Part shown: positions 10,630 to 21,816 of the stretch, piece after piece
Layout: every line of letters begins with the position of its first letter
How positions within the stretch are numbered: position 1 is the stretch's first letter
Assembly (NCBI RefSeq): GCF_000203815.1
Contig: NW_004457695.1
Coordinates: 1,232,054-1,296,053 of the forward strand
DNA length: 64,000 bases
Reading direction: 5' to 3'
DNA from: Dictyostelium fasciculatum
Lineage: Eukaryota
Notes under the pieces: model-generated
Databases searched by the model: none
What the model saw: only the letters and a program-made list of their open reading frames with translations
What the model was told of the DNA's origin: nothing
Program-made: the position numbers and the translations under genes

Positions 10630-13284
10630 TTAGTTAAACTTTTGAGCCTTTTGTGGATTTAAAATATTCTTGTTTCTGTTCTTCTTTCTCTTCTTTGGTG
10701 CTTCATTATCATTATTATCATTATTTTCATAGTTGTTGTTGTTGTTATTATCATTTTCATATTGATTGTCTTCATAGTTGTTATTATTATTATTTCCATA
10801 ATTATTATTATTATTATTGTAATTTTGCTTATTATTATAGTTATTATTAAATCCAACATCTTGTTGTTTCTTATTATTATTATTATTATTATAGTTATTT
10901 CCAGAATATTCATTGTCATAAAATTGATTATTCTTATTATTATTCTTATTATTATTATTAAATTCAACATCTTGTTGTTTCTTATTATCTTTGTTTGAAA
11001 TGGCATTCTTTCTTTCTGACCAACTCATAGTTGATGATTTTCCTTTTGGCGCAGTTTGTTTACCGGCAGTAAATGTTTTCTTTGACGATGTCAAATACTT
11101 GCTGTTACCACGATCGAAATATCTCTTTTCAGCTCTTTGATGATCATATCCACGAAGATGACCCTTGTATGGTGCAATAGAATCCAATGGACAAAGTTTC
11201 TCCAACTCTGCATCATCCTTGCTCAAAATATCTTCAATTGATAAACCATATGAATTTGCTTCAACTTGATTATATCTAAATCTAATTGGTGTATCATCAA
11301 TCTAAAGAAAAATAAAGTAAAGAAAAGTAAAGTAAAGTAAATTAATAAATTAATATTATTATTTAAATCTATCTGTTTTCATTCATACCATATCTTGATA
11401 ATCAATACCATAGTATTGATCCAACATTGCTTCCAATTCAGCCTTTTCTTTAGCCATTCTTTCATCATCCCATTCTTCACCATCATCTTCACCGTCATCT
11501 TCAAAGTATCCACTATCGGCCATTTCTTGGAGATATCCTTGTGAATCTTCATCTCCCTCTTCACCCTCTTGGTAATCTCCTTGTTCTTCACCACCATTGT
11601 ATTCCTCTTCATCACCACCATTGTATCCCTCCTCACCTTCTTCACCTTCTTCACCTTGATTTGTCCATTGTTCTTCAACTTGACCTCTCTTTCCTCTACT
11701 AGTCAATTGTTTTACCAATAGAGTTGGATCCATTTTCTTGATTTCTTCAGGATGCATATCAAACATGGTTGATCCAGTGATTGAACTAACTTCCTTGATC
11801 TTTTCCAAGATCTCCTTTTTCTTTTCATTCTTTAACTTTTTCAACTTTTCCTCTTTGTGAACGGCATCCAATTTCTTCTTTTCCTTTTGTTTGTCTCTCT
11901 TTTCCTTTCTTGTAGAATTTGCTCTACGAAGTGAATCAACTTGACGTGGATTTGATGAAATAGTTGCTGCTCCTCTAAAACATATTAAATAAATAAATAA
12001 ATGAAATGTTAGTTTCTATCTTTTACTTTTACTTTTTGTTTTAGTTTGATTTACTTACGGTTCTTCAAATCTAAAATTGTATCTATGTTCATATCTATCT
12101 TGTTGATTTAAATCTTGAGCATCTTCTTCTAATTCTTCTTCTAGTTCCTTGGTAGCTTCTGGAGTCTTGATATCGTCCATCCACTTTTGACCCAACAGAT
12201 AGTCTCTGAGGAACTTGTCTTCATCGGTGGTATCTGTCTTTTTAGAGTCCCAGTATTGTTTGATGGCAGACATTTCCTCATCTTGCAACTTTGAATCAGC
12301 TTCCAATCTCTCACGGAATTGAAGGAAATCTTCATTCTCTTCATCCTGTTCCTTTTTAGATTTGGTACTTCTCTTTTTAAACAATTCTCCATCAGACGAG
12401 TCATCATCAGAGTCGTCTGAATCATCATCTTGATTGACAGCCGACATGAAACTTTTCTTTAAATGTTCTTCTTGTTTGACAAATGGTAAGTCTTCATAGT
12501 TTTCTTCTTCCTCTTCATATTCTTGTTCTTCATCATATTCTTGTTCTTCTTCATATTGATCTTGTTCTTGTTGTTCTTCTTCTAATAGTTCATCGTCACT
12601 ATCATTATCACTTAACAATCTTTTCTTGACCAATTGACCGACGGTTATGTTCTTTGGATCGTTGAGTTGTTCCAATCTCGCCTTTTTCTTTGCTTCAGTC
12701 TCTGCCAAACCTCTGTCTTGATCCTCCTTGTTAAAGAATTTGAGGTCAGTGCTAACCTTTTTCTGCATACTGAGCAATGGCAACAACTTTAGGAAATCAT
12801 CTCTCCATTCGTTCGAGTCAAACTTTGCTTCATCATCGTCACTACTTTCTTCCTCTTCTTCATCATCAAATATAGTTCCACGATTATCATCATTAACATA
12901 ACTTGATTCTATAAAAGTAATATATACATATTAGTAAAAGAACATAGTAGACTATGTTTGATTATTTATACAACACATACCATGAGATGGTTCTGATTTC
13001 TTTGCAGCAGCTTTCTTTCCTTGTTGTTGTTGTGGTGGTTTCTTTACTTGTTCTTCCTTTTCAGATTCTGATGAAGATGAAACAGATGAAGATTCATTAT
13101 CAGAGGAAGATGAGGATGAATCTGAATCTGAATCGGATTCAGAGGAGGATGATGATGAATCGACTACTTCCTCTTCTTCAACCTTTTTCTTCTTTTCTTC
13201 AACTTTCTTTTGTTGTTGTTGTTGTTGTTGTTGTTTTCCAACAACAGTATTATTGTTATTATTATTCTTCTTTGGAGGTGGCAT
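10630..13284 (-). CDS. KRI1: KRI1 homologue (KRR1-interacting nucleolar small-subunit processome protein). Exons: complement(join(10630..11301,11389..11974,12059..12908,12981..13284)).
   Basis: The conserved Kri1 signature is ...QQDRYEHRYNFRFEE|PGAATISSNPRQVDSLRRANSTRKEKRDKQKEKK. The Kri1 C-terminal domain is ...AMLDQYYGIDYQDM|IDDTPIRFRYNQVEANSYGLSIEDILSKDDAELEKLCPLDSIAPYKG. All four exons join in phase through GTATGT/GTAAGT donors and ttttatag/tgttttag/tttctttag acceptors. The first exon starts MPPPKKNNNN with poly-Q/poly-S acidic tracts. Confidence 0.8.
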
Positions 13285-13499
13285 TTTCTCTCTCTCTGTC
13301 TCTCTCTAGAACTTTAGTACAAAAAAGATAAATGAAGGGGAACTAAACAAACAAAGACAATTTTAAAATTAAAAATAATCGTGAAAAAAAGAAAAAACGA
13401 ACGAATCGTCTTTTGTCAATTTTCAACTAAGTAATTACTTTCTCCTGCTCAGTATTGTATCATACACATTAGATAGATATATATATATATATATATAAA
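13285..13499. promoter_or_regulatory. Approximately 215-bp AT-rich bidirectional intergenic region shared by the divergently transcribed KRI1 (minus) and NOL10 (plus) genes.
   Basis: The start codons are at 13284 (minus) and 13500 (plus). Both products are nucleolar 90S/SSU-processome factors. No specific motif was identified by eye. Confidence 0.4.
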
Positions 13500-15756
13500 A
13501 TGAATTTATTAACTACTAATGGTGTAAAGATATACAATGTATCAGCTGGTAAATCATTACCTGAATGGTTATCAGAAAAGAAAAGAGATGAATTGAGAAA
13601 GAATAAAGGTAAAGAAAGAAGCGAATGACTACTATCAAACTATCAATCAATATATGTATACTTGCTAATCTAATCTAATCTATTCATTAATATACTTGTA
13701 GAATTTAGATCTAGAGTAGAACTTATTCAAGATTTCAGTTTCGAATCATCATCACAGAGAGTTAAACTTACACCCGATGGACAATACTTGATAGCAGCGG
13801 GTATCTACAAACCACAGATTAAAATCTTTGAATTGAGTCAACTCTCAAACAAAGTAACAAGACATATAGATTCACATGTAGTACAGATTGAAGTATGTTT
13901 GATTATTAAAGTATTAAGTATTATTGATTGATAAGATTAGTTAAATTAATGTCTCTATTTCTTTTTTGTTTTAGATATTATCACAAGATTACTCTAAACC
14001 AGTATTTTTAAGAGCAGATAGATATGTAGAATTTCATGCAAAGAATGGATGTTACTTTACAGTTAGAACACCCAAACAAGGTAGAGATATGACCTATCAC
14101 AAGGATACGTGTGACTTGATGATTGCTGGCAAGGGCAATGAAGTTTTTAGATTGAATTTGGAAGAGGGACGTTTCATGCAACCGTTCCAAACAGACCTGA
14201 CAGACATTAACGTGATTGCACAGAACCCCGTGCATCAACTGCTGATGTTTGGTGGCGAGAATGGTGTGATTGAGTGTTGGGATCCGCGTATGCGTCGTCG
14301 TTGCGCGTCTCTCGACGTCGATGCTCAGTTGTCCAACGAGTACAATGGCTGTGAGATTAGCGCCGCTAAATTCGGGTCGGACGGTTTGACGATGGGTGTC
14401 GGCACGAGCACGGGTGTTGTGCAACTGTACGACTTGCGTACGAGCACGCCGTCGATGACCAAGTACCACCAGTACCAGCTGCCCATCAACTCGATCAACT
14501 TCCACTCGTTTGCCAATGTGCAGCGTATCATGTCGAGTGACGCCAAGTCGCTCAAGGTCTTTGAAAAGGACACGGGCAAGATCTTTATGGTGCTCGAGCC
14601 CAAAGACCCCATCAACGACGTCGTCACACTCGACGGCAGCGGCCTTTTGCTCATGCCGGGCGAGACACCCAAGATCCAGTCCTACTATGTGCCATCGCTC
14701 GGACCCGCTCCCAAGTGGGCCAGCTTCCTCGACAACCTCACCGAGGAGCTCGAAGAGGACAAACAACTCGTCTACGAAGACTATAAGTTTATCACACGTG
14801 AAGAGGTCGAGCAACTCAACATGGTCAACATGATCGGCACGGGCTACCTCAAGGCATACATGCACGGTTACTTTATCCACATCAAGCTCTACAACAAGAT
14901 CAAGGCCATCCAGAACCCATTCGAGTACGAGCAGTACCGTGCCCAATTGGTGCAAGACGCCATCAAGGAGCAGGTCAGCTCGCGTGTCTCGGCCACCGCC
15001 AAGACGGCCGTCAAAACACCCAAGGTCAACAGCAAGCTCGCCCAACGTCTCGAGGCCAAGGCCATCGCCACCGAGGACGACGACAAGAGAGCCATTGCCG
15101 AGCAGACCACCAAGTCTATCATGTCAGACTCGCGTTTCGGCCGTGTCTTTACAGACAAGGCATTCGAAATTGATGAAACCTCTCAAGAATTCAAAAAACA
15201 TAATCCAGCTGCCAAACTTGCTAAATTGGATTCAATTTATAAAGAACATTTCCAAAATGTTCAAGATGATGATGAAGATGAAAATGAAGAAGAAGAGGAA
15301 GAAAAATCAACAACAAAGAAAAATAATAATAACAAAAAGAATAATAATAATAATAATAGAATGGAAATTGATTCAGATGAAGATGAAGATAATGTATATG
15401 ATCATGATTATGATAGAGATGAAATGAATAATGAAAAGACAAAGAAAAAATCGGTTGGTTTCTATGAAATGAAGACTGGACATACTCTATCATCGTTGAC
15501 TGGTACCAATCAAAATATCGATATTCTCAAGAATGCACCACTTTCCATTAGAGTTGATACCCACGACAAGGGTATTTCCAATCTCAAGAATGCCAAGATC
15601 AAAAAGACTGACACTGCCGAAAATGCAGCTGCCGAAATTTCATTTATTCCTTCTAGTACTGGTAAAAGTAAAAGAGGTGGAAGTAGCAGTAGAGGTGGAA
15701 GTAGAGGCGGTAGTAGCAGTAGAGGTGGAAGTAGTAGAGGTAGAGGCGGAAGATAA
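13500..15756 (+). CDS. NOL10: NOL10/Enp2 homologue (nucleolar protein 10, WD-repeat 90S pre-ribosome factor). Exons: join(13500..13608,13702..13892,13975..15756).
   Basis: The protein reads MNLLTTNGVKIYNVSAGKSLPEWLSEKKRDELRKNK|EFRSRVELIQDFSFESSSQRVKLTPDGQYLIAAGIYKPQIKIFELSQLSNKVTRHIDSHVVQIE|ILSQDYSKPVFLRADRYVEFHAKNGCYFTVRTPKQGRDMTYHKDTCDLMIAGKGNEVFRLNLEEGRFMQP.... This is near-collinear with human NOL10 (MQVSSLNEVKIYSLSCGKSLPEWLSDRKKRALQKKD...). The C-terminus is K/E-rich with an RGG-like SRGGSRGGSSSRGG tail. The 345-aa ORF on the opposite strand (14008..15045) is an antisense artefact. Confidence 0.85.
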
Positions 15757-16067
15757 TTATAATAATAATAAATTTAAAAAATATAATCTAAAAGATATCA
15801 AAACCCTCTTTTTCTGTAGATCAGATTTACTAGTAAGTATATTATTATTTTAGGGTTAGCTCACCTAGTTGGAGGCTTATTTATTTATTGACATCAGTTG
15901 TTCATTGATGAGTTTAAAATAAATAAATCCAAACAAATATTTTTAAAAATATTATTATCATTCAACTCAACAAGTATAGATACATTCTCAAGTCAAATGA
16001 TTCAATTAGCACAACAGCACGACAAGGAAATCAAGAAAATCAAAGTTGAAAGAGAAAAGGAGAAGAA

Positions 16068-16721
16068 ATGAAGAGAATAATAGACTCTACCTTGACCAAT
16101 GAAGAACCAATCAAATTAAATGTAGGAGGTGTAGTTTTTAGAACTACAAAAAAGAGTCTAACTAGAATCAAGGGATCATACTTTGAAACTCTATTCTCGG
16201 GTGAAATAGATATTAAAAGACTTAAGATATTTTTATTGATAGGTTTGAATCAAACTAGTATGGCATCATTTTTAACTTTATATTAACTATCATATTTTTT
16301 AAAAGGGATGTAACTCATTTCGGATCAATCCTAAATTATATGAGGGATGGTGATGTATTGGGGATTGATATGGATCATATTGAAAAAGAAATGAATTTCT
16401 TTAGAATATTTCCATCTCCATCTCCATCGTCTATCGTTAGCAATGTATATTGAAATCTTAAAGAAATGGATTGACACACTTCAAAAGGAAATAAATTGAT
16501 ATAAAGATGGTTGAAATCTATGAAATCAGTAACTTTATGGAAAACTAATTTAATTTATTATTTTTTTTTAGGGTACAAGAGATGGGTTCCAAGTTTCTTC
16601 ATTCCATTTCAAATGTGATGGAAAGGGACCAACTATTACATTGGTCAAATCAAATAATGGAAATGAATTTGGTGGATACAATAGTCAATCTTGGAATTCA
16701 AGTACCAATACATATTATTGA
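16068..16721 (+). pseudogene. KCTD-type BTB (K+ channel tetramerisation domain) fused to an N-terminal fragment of a TLDc domain. Candidate exons are 16068..~16257, 16306..16444 and 16572..16721. The exon1/exon2 splice phase does not close and the TLDc domain is truncated after about 50 aa, so this is possibly a decaying gene copy.
   Basis: Exon 1 reads MKRIIDSTLTNEEPIKLNVGGVVFRTTKKSLTRIKGSYFETLFSGEIDIK (KCTD BTB signature). Exon 2 reads (R)DVTHFGSILNYMRDGDVLGIDMDHIEKEMNFFRIFPSPSPSSIVSN, then a GTATAT donor. Exon 3 reads GTRDGFQVSSFHFKCDGKGPTITLVKSNNGNEFGGYNSQSWNSSTNTYY-stop, the TLDc signature SRDGF..FH.KCDgkGPT..liK...g.iFGGY...W. No donor in exon 1 gives the 2-nt leftover that the exon-2 acceptor at 16305 needs. 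Confidence 0.45.
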
Positions 16722-16841
16722 ATCACCGTAGGTAAGAGGAAAGCTTTGATAACTTGTGAAATTATCATTGCATTTGTTTTGGTCAACAATAAAAATGCCA
16801 TGGTCCATTATTGGGATGGGTAAAAACAAATCGACTAGATG

Positions 16842-17036
16842 CTATTGGATAGTATTTTGTTGGATTGCCACCTTGTTCTTCTTTATTCTTTCATTGAAAT
16901 CAATGACACCTGAAAACAAAGCATCAAAAAAAAAGAACTCTTTATTCCTCTTTGATGTTTTGAATAATAAACCTCCCACATCAAAAGCAATTAAATCCTC
17001 ATCGATGGTTCTTTTCATTGATTCGAGTTGTTTCAT
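16842..17036 (-). pseudogene. Second KCTD-type BTB first-exon copy (MKQLESMKRTIDEDLIAFDVGGLLFKTSKRNKEFFFFDALFSGVIDFNER...) with no recognisable downstream exons.
   Basis: It shares the VGG..F.T....L...FFDALFSG BTB core with the + strand gene at 16068. The downstream minus-strand sequence shows no RDgTHF/ILNYLRDG exon. Confidence 0.35.
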
Positions 17037-17313
17037 CAGTTCTGTAGATCAAAAAAAAGTTGACTACGACAATGAGGTAGAATAGATTTTTTTCTATTTA
17101 TTTCTTAGTTTAAATTAATATTTTAATAAATTTAAATAGTAAAAACTTCAATCTCTTCAACCTTGAAATTCGTTCCAGAAGTTAATGTTGTTTTTCCCCT
17201 TTCCTGGTGATGATAAATGTTTTATATTCACTAGATTGATAGGTATGTATACTAATTATTCTTTTAGAGTCCCTTTCATTCTTAAATATTATATTAACCA
17301 ATAATTTATTAAT

Positions 17314-17390
17314 AGAGATGGAACTCATTTTAGATTTATATAAGGGATGGTGATATTTTGGCTATTCCTATGGATCATAAATATGAAATG
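17314..17390 (+). pseudogene. Degenerate fragment of the KCTD exon 2 (agagatggaactcattttagatttatataagggatggtgatattttgg...).
   Basis: It translates to RDGTHFRFI-stop and aligns at the nucleotide level with exon 2 of the 16068 gene (agggatgtaactcatttcggatcaatcctaaattatatgagggatggtgatgtattgggg), but has indels and an in-frame stop. Confidence 0.4.
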
Positions 17391-17583
17391 GCCACCCTTT
17401 TGTATGAAAATAAATAACAATTTAATTATAAAAAAAAAAGGGTTATGTATTCAAAAGAAACAATTGATACCAAGGAGTTCAATGTTTTCTATCTTACTGC
17501 AATATCTCTTTCAATCATCGTAATCATAACATGTATAATGCTTTGACAACATCAGAAATTGCATTCAAAAGTGATTTCAAACG

Positions 17584-17774
17584 ATGGTTCAGGAACAAGT
17601 AAAAGAATGGGCTATAAAAGAAGTTCAAGTAAGAGAAGAATATGCCCAGATGCTTCTTGATAATGATGTAGATGGAGAGAGTATAGCAGTGTTTACAGAG
17701 GTTGATTTTGGTAAATGTGGCATAGTCGTAGCACCTGAAAAGAAGCTCTATCTGGCTGCTCAACAACTTTTAAT

Positions 17775-17830
<56 letters not shown>

Positions 17831-17857
17831 CGCTATCGCATCAACACAGTAGTAGAG
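17584..17857 (+). CDS. SAM (sterile alpha motif)-like domain exon followed by a poly-Q tract. It is probably a 5' exon of the downstream P-loop NTPase gene; a TTG at 17584 is only the ORF-track start and the true start was not located.
   Basis: The sequence reads ...VQEQVKEWAIKEVQVREEYAQMLLDNDVDGESIAVFTEVDFGKCGIVVAPEKKLYLAAQQLLIKQQQQ(Q)n...SLSHQHSSR. It ends at a canonical AGA G|GTAAGT donor (17858) leaving a 1-nt leftover. That phase is compatible with the acceptors at 18361 (exon 18362..18514) and 19557 (exon 19558..). Confidence 0.45.
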
Positions 17858-18880
17858 GTAAGTAATGATAGTTATACGTCTATCTTCTTTTTAACCACTC
17901 ATATTCGACTTGTTGTTCGCACATGATTGTCATTCGTCAGATTCACCTCACCACTATTTGCTCTCGTTTAGTCACTCGGGTGTGTTGTGGTACAAGTCAT
18001 TAATGATTAATCACACCATCAACCAACATTAAAGTCTTATCATATTTCACTCATCTCCCAATGATTTTATTTAAATTTAAAATAAAACCACACATTTTAT
18101 TTTTTGTTTAATAATATTATAATATTTTTTTCTTGGAGTCTGATGATAAAAGCACTCATATGAACTGCAGCTGTTCACTATATACATTCTTTCTGATACA
18201 TTTTATTTGTTCTTTTGCCATTCATCCACATATTTCATATTTATCTATCCAGTTCCATATATTATTCCCACCATCTTATTTTGAAACAAGAGTTATTTAT
18301 TCTTTGCATTATCATTTTCTAATTTGTATTCTAATTTGTATTTTAGTTTGTATGATGACAGACCAACCTCCCCCATCAACAACAACAACATGGTCCAACA
18401 CTCCAGTCAAGGAATGGACTACCCAATTGGCTAATGATTGGGTGAATGCCACTCTCGAGGACGCAGGTTATCCAAATAGCCTTTCCCTCAAAGTCTTGAT
18501 CCCTCCGATCGCAGGTACCTGAATTTGGCTGTCGCTTGATTCAAGATTCTTATTTGATGGTTTGTTCTATGTACCCAATGGTACCGAAGCGGATCTCAAA
18601 TCAGAGCAAAGCAAGGCTCTCCTTGATATGCTTTTCAAACAACTTGGTTCTCTCAACCCACCTCAAACTAATAGTAAGTAAATTAGACAACATTTAATTA
18701 ATATTTACAAATACTGACTGAAATATTTCTATAGTTTCTCCTATTGCAGGTATGACACCCCTCAACAATATCACTCCTTTTTAGCAAACAACATCCCTTC
18801 CATTCATTATTCATTCAATTCATCACCCATCCCATTTCCTTTGTACCAAATCAAATATCATTCATCAAGCTACACCACTC

Positions 18881-18929
18881 TATTTTTATCACCCATCTCT
18901 TTTTCCATCTTATCCACTCCTTTTGTCAA
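18881..18929 (+). repeat. 48-nt dispersed repeat unit A, copy 1 (tatttttatcacccatctctttttccatcttatccactccttttgtca). It is identical to 19443..19490.
   Basis: The match was found by direct string comparison within a pyrimidine-rich (C/T on the + strand) low-complexity block at about 18780-19530. Confidence 0.7.
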
Positions 18930-18973
18930 CATACCTAATTGCTACATCAACCAATCACCATCATTCAAATCTA

Positions 18974-19006
18974 GTCATTTTGTTTTGCTTGTAAATCTTT
19001 ACATAT
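18974..19006 (+). repeat. 33-nt dispersed repeat unit B, copy 1 (gtcattttgttttgcttgtaaatctttacatat). It is identical to 19299..19331.
   Basis: Direct string comparison. The order of units is A-B in the first copy and B-A in the second, so this is not a simple tandem duplication. Confidence 0.7.
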
Positions 19007-19298
19007 TACAGGCCTTCACTTAATGTTGGTCAATCCATCTCCAACCATTCCTAATATTATATCAACCAATCACCATTAATATCACTTGATACTCAAAACC
19101 TCTACCTATTTTTAGTTTGGTTCACTCACCTCTGTCAGGTTAACACACTTTCTTTATCCATCAGATAATTAAAAATCACTATCATTGCTCCTCTTTTTAC
19201 ACCATTTCTATTTGATTATCTTTTGTTTTCAATGCACCACTCATCTCTTTCCTTTTAACCACTTGCTTCATTATTGTGCAACCAAACACTAAACATTT

Positions 19299-19331
19299 GT
19301 CATTTTGTTTTGCTTGTAAATCTTTACATAT
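19299..19331 (+). repeat. Dispersed repeat unit B, copy 2.
   Basis: Identical to 18974..19006. Confidence 0.7.
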
Positions 19332-19442
19332 CAATTGACCTCTTGTCTTGTGTTCATTTATATATTTCTAATCCTTTGATCCAAACCAAATACCATGGTC
19401 CATTCACCAAGCCACACCTCTCTTTATCACTCTACATCCCTT

Positions 19443-19490
19443 TATTTTTATCACCCATCTCTTTTTCCATCTTATCCACTCCTTTTGTCA
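19443..19490 (+). repeat. Dispersed repeat unit A, copy 2.
   Basis: Identical to 18881..18929. Confidence 0.7.
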
Positions 19491-19557
19491 CAACAATCAT
19501 GATGATTACAATATCGTTCATTTTCTAATCATTTATTAGATCTAAAACAATTTGTAG

Positions 19558-21608
19558 AAAAAGTTCCCCCTGGCAAGGATTGTGTGGCCATTGGAGGGTC
19601 AAAAGTGAGTGCGGAGAGAAATGATTTACCTTTTAAAGGCCGAGCAGGTATCGTGGAGTATCTAAAGGCGGTCATAGGTAGAAATATGCTAAGCTTCACC
19701 AACAAGCGAGATAACAAACAAGATTACAGCATACCAACGGTCATTGGTGGCATTGGCATTGGTAAAACTAGAGTGGGAGAAGAGACCTTTATTTCTTTGG
19801 TATCAAATAGTGAGGTTTCTTCATGTTGTAAAAATTTTGACAAATTTTGGTAAGTGTTGTTGAAACTCAAAAGAGTTCACAATTAATTAATTAATATTAT
19901 TTGGTTAAATTATAGGTATGTCAAATTTGATTTCGCAGCAAGCGATAAACCTTTGGAGGGCGAGAGAGCTTCACAGTTCATTGGAAGATGTTTGGTGTCA
20001 CGTTTCTTCTATGGGACTTCTTCAGCACACGCCAAGACTAATATCCCAGAGGCCTCTGTTCTTGAGGTGGTCAACTTGATTGATAAACTCTATGTGGACC
20101 AAAAGGGAGAAAAGGCTCTTCTCATTCTCCATCTTGACGAGTATTTCATGCTTCCATTGCCATTACTCAACGAATTGGTTTCGTGCTTGGCAGATCTCAT
20201 GCTCCATCCTCCCACAACTATCAGTGGCCAGTCCACTGTCATTCACAACATTTGTGTTGTTCCACTCATGACTGGCACTGATCTCGACTCTGCAAACACC
20301 TCCATATACTTCTCCAAACTAATCCCACGCGATGTCCGTCTTATCCCACTATCTGATAAAGATACGAGCGACCTTTTGGCGACGAGTGCCAATTGGAATA
20401 CTCTTTCCAAATCTCTGCCATATCACTCACAGGTGGTGGTATCATATTTAGGAGGAGTCCCCCGAATTATAAAGGCCTTCTTAGATGCTTGTAATGGCTC
20501 CACACCCCTTCATGACCACATTCGATGGCTAGGGGAAGTTCTTAGGGTGACCACCAACTTAATCTCATCGAACTATAACATTCATTCTTGGAGCCAAGTT
20601 TTTGGGGCCTCGCTGGTCGGTCTCCGAACACTCCTCAAGATCGCGCTCTCGTCTTATGCCGTTAACCGAGGATATCCTTTGAACGGCAAAACCATTAGAC
20701 AAGTAGAGTCAACCGGTCTCCTAATGTTGATCAAGGTTGGTGTTACTCCTGGATGTGGCAATTTTGACCACCCCTCCTCCTCTGACGATCAACAAAAGTA
20801 CACAGTACATGTACCTCTGGCCCTCCTCCGCGCGATCAACCAGGAACTGAAAGATGTTGATGATTCGGTTTTGGATCCCTGCCTCTATTCCAACTCTGCC
20901 AACTTTGAAGTTCATATGATGCCCCAAATCAGAGTTTATCGTCAAAACCTTCTCGTCTCACTGAGTGACACCCCTGTTCAAGTGAGAGATTTGTACCCCC
21001 ATGCAATCGGATTCAATTCGACTCTATCACTCACAGTTCCCATCAAACACCTCCAAATTGTTCATGACTCGGAGACTCTAGCCACAATACCCCCAACATT
21101 AGTATCAATTTTGGGAAGTGACCCACCAAGAGCCGTTGACATCACCACCGGAGTATTTGTTATCAACAAACGTATGGCCTCCCATGCAGATGCTATTGTC
21201 TATCACTCATCGGACTTGGTTGAAACGATCCAATACAAATCATCGGACAATACATCGCAACACTTTGCCCCAATCGCAGATTCACAAGGTGTAGTTAAGC
21301 TTGCCGACATCATCTCTGAGTGGAAAAAGATCGAAGGAAGCGTCACTATACCCAACTGCACAGTGCTTTTCCCTTTCATTTCCAACAAGCCACTCGCTGT
21401 AAATTACCAAAACAAAGAGCAAACACTCTTTGCCAGACTTGAAGAATATTTCTCTGACCCATTGAATGAGGGAAAACCTTTTCACAACTATGGAAGAGAC
21501 TATTATATCCCAAGCAGAATTGTTCTTGTTGTTAACGAAAACTTCAGTCGTTATGCTTCGTGTTTTGCAACTCCCTCTCTATACATCCCATACAAAATGA
21601 AACAATAA
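19558..21608 (+). CDS. STAND/AAA+-like P-loop NTPase of unknown function. Exons: join(19558..19849,19916..21608), plus upstream exon(s) supplying the start, probably the SAM exon at 17584..17857.
   Basis: Walker A is PTVIGGIGIGKTRVGEETF. About 100 aa later comes a Walker B hhhhDE motif, KALLILHLDEY. A sensor-like MTGTDL and a GxP-like VSYLGGVPRIIKAFL (reminiscent of the NB-ARC GLPL motif) follow. The C-terminal 400 aa have no recognisable repeats. Exon 19558 starts after a tttgtag acceptor and needs 1 nt from an upstream exon. The internal intron is 19850..19915 (GTAAGT donor, tatag acceptor). Confidence 0.6.
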
Positions 21609-21816
21609 ACCACTTTTATGTTTATATTATCTCAAGTTCTAACAAACAACAATCTTTAAATACAGATTGTAGAGGAGTAAACAATTTAATTTGATTTAAA
21701 TTGAAAATAATAAGAATTATTTTTTGAATTGATTTATTTTGTTACATTAAAACAAATTTACTAGGATAGTGATACCAAAAAGATAGAAATGATTAAAACA
21801 ACAATTATTGGATAGT

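Noticed and set aside
10653-11006. Poly-Ile/poly-Tyr ORFs on both strands within the KRI1 3' exon.
   Set aside because: They are translations of the (aat/att)n low-complexity tract that encodes the poly-N region of KRI1 in the correct frame.
14008-15045. 345-aa ORF on the minus strand inside NOL10.
   Set aside because: It is antisense to a strongly conserved NOL10 exon. Its composition (L/V/D/G-rich, no conserved motifs) is typical of the reverse strand of a GC-richer coding region.
16756-17085. 109-aa plus-strand ORF overlapping the minus-strand KCTD fragment.
   Set aside because: It is low-complexity with no homology, and overlaps a better-supported BTB exon on the other strand.
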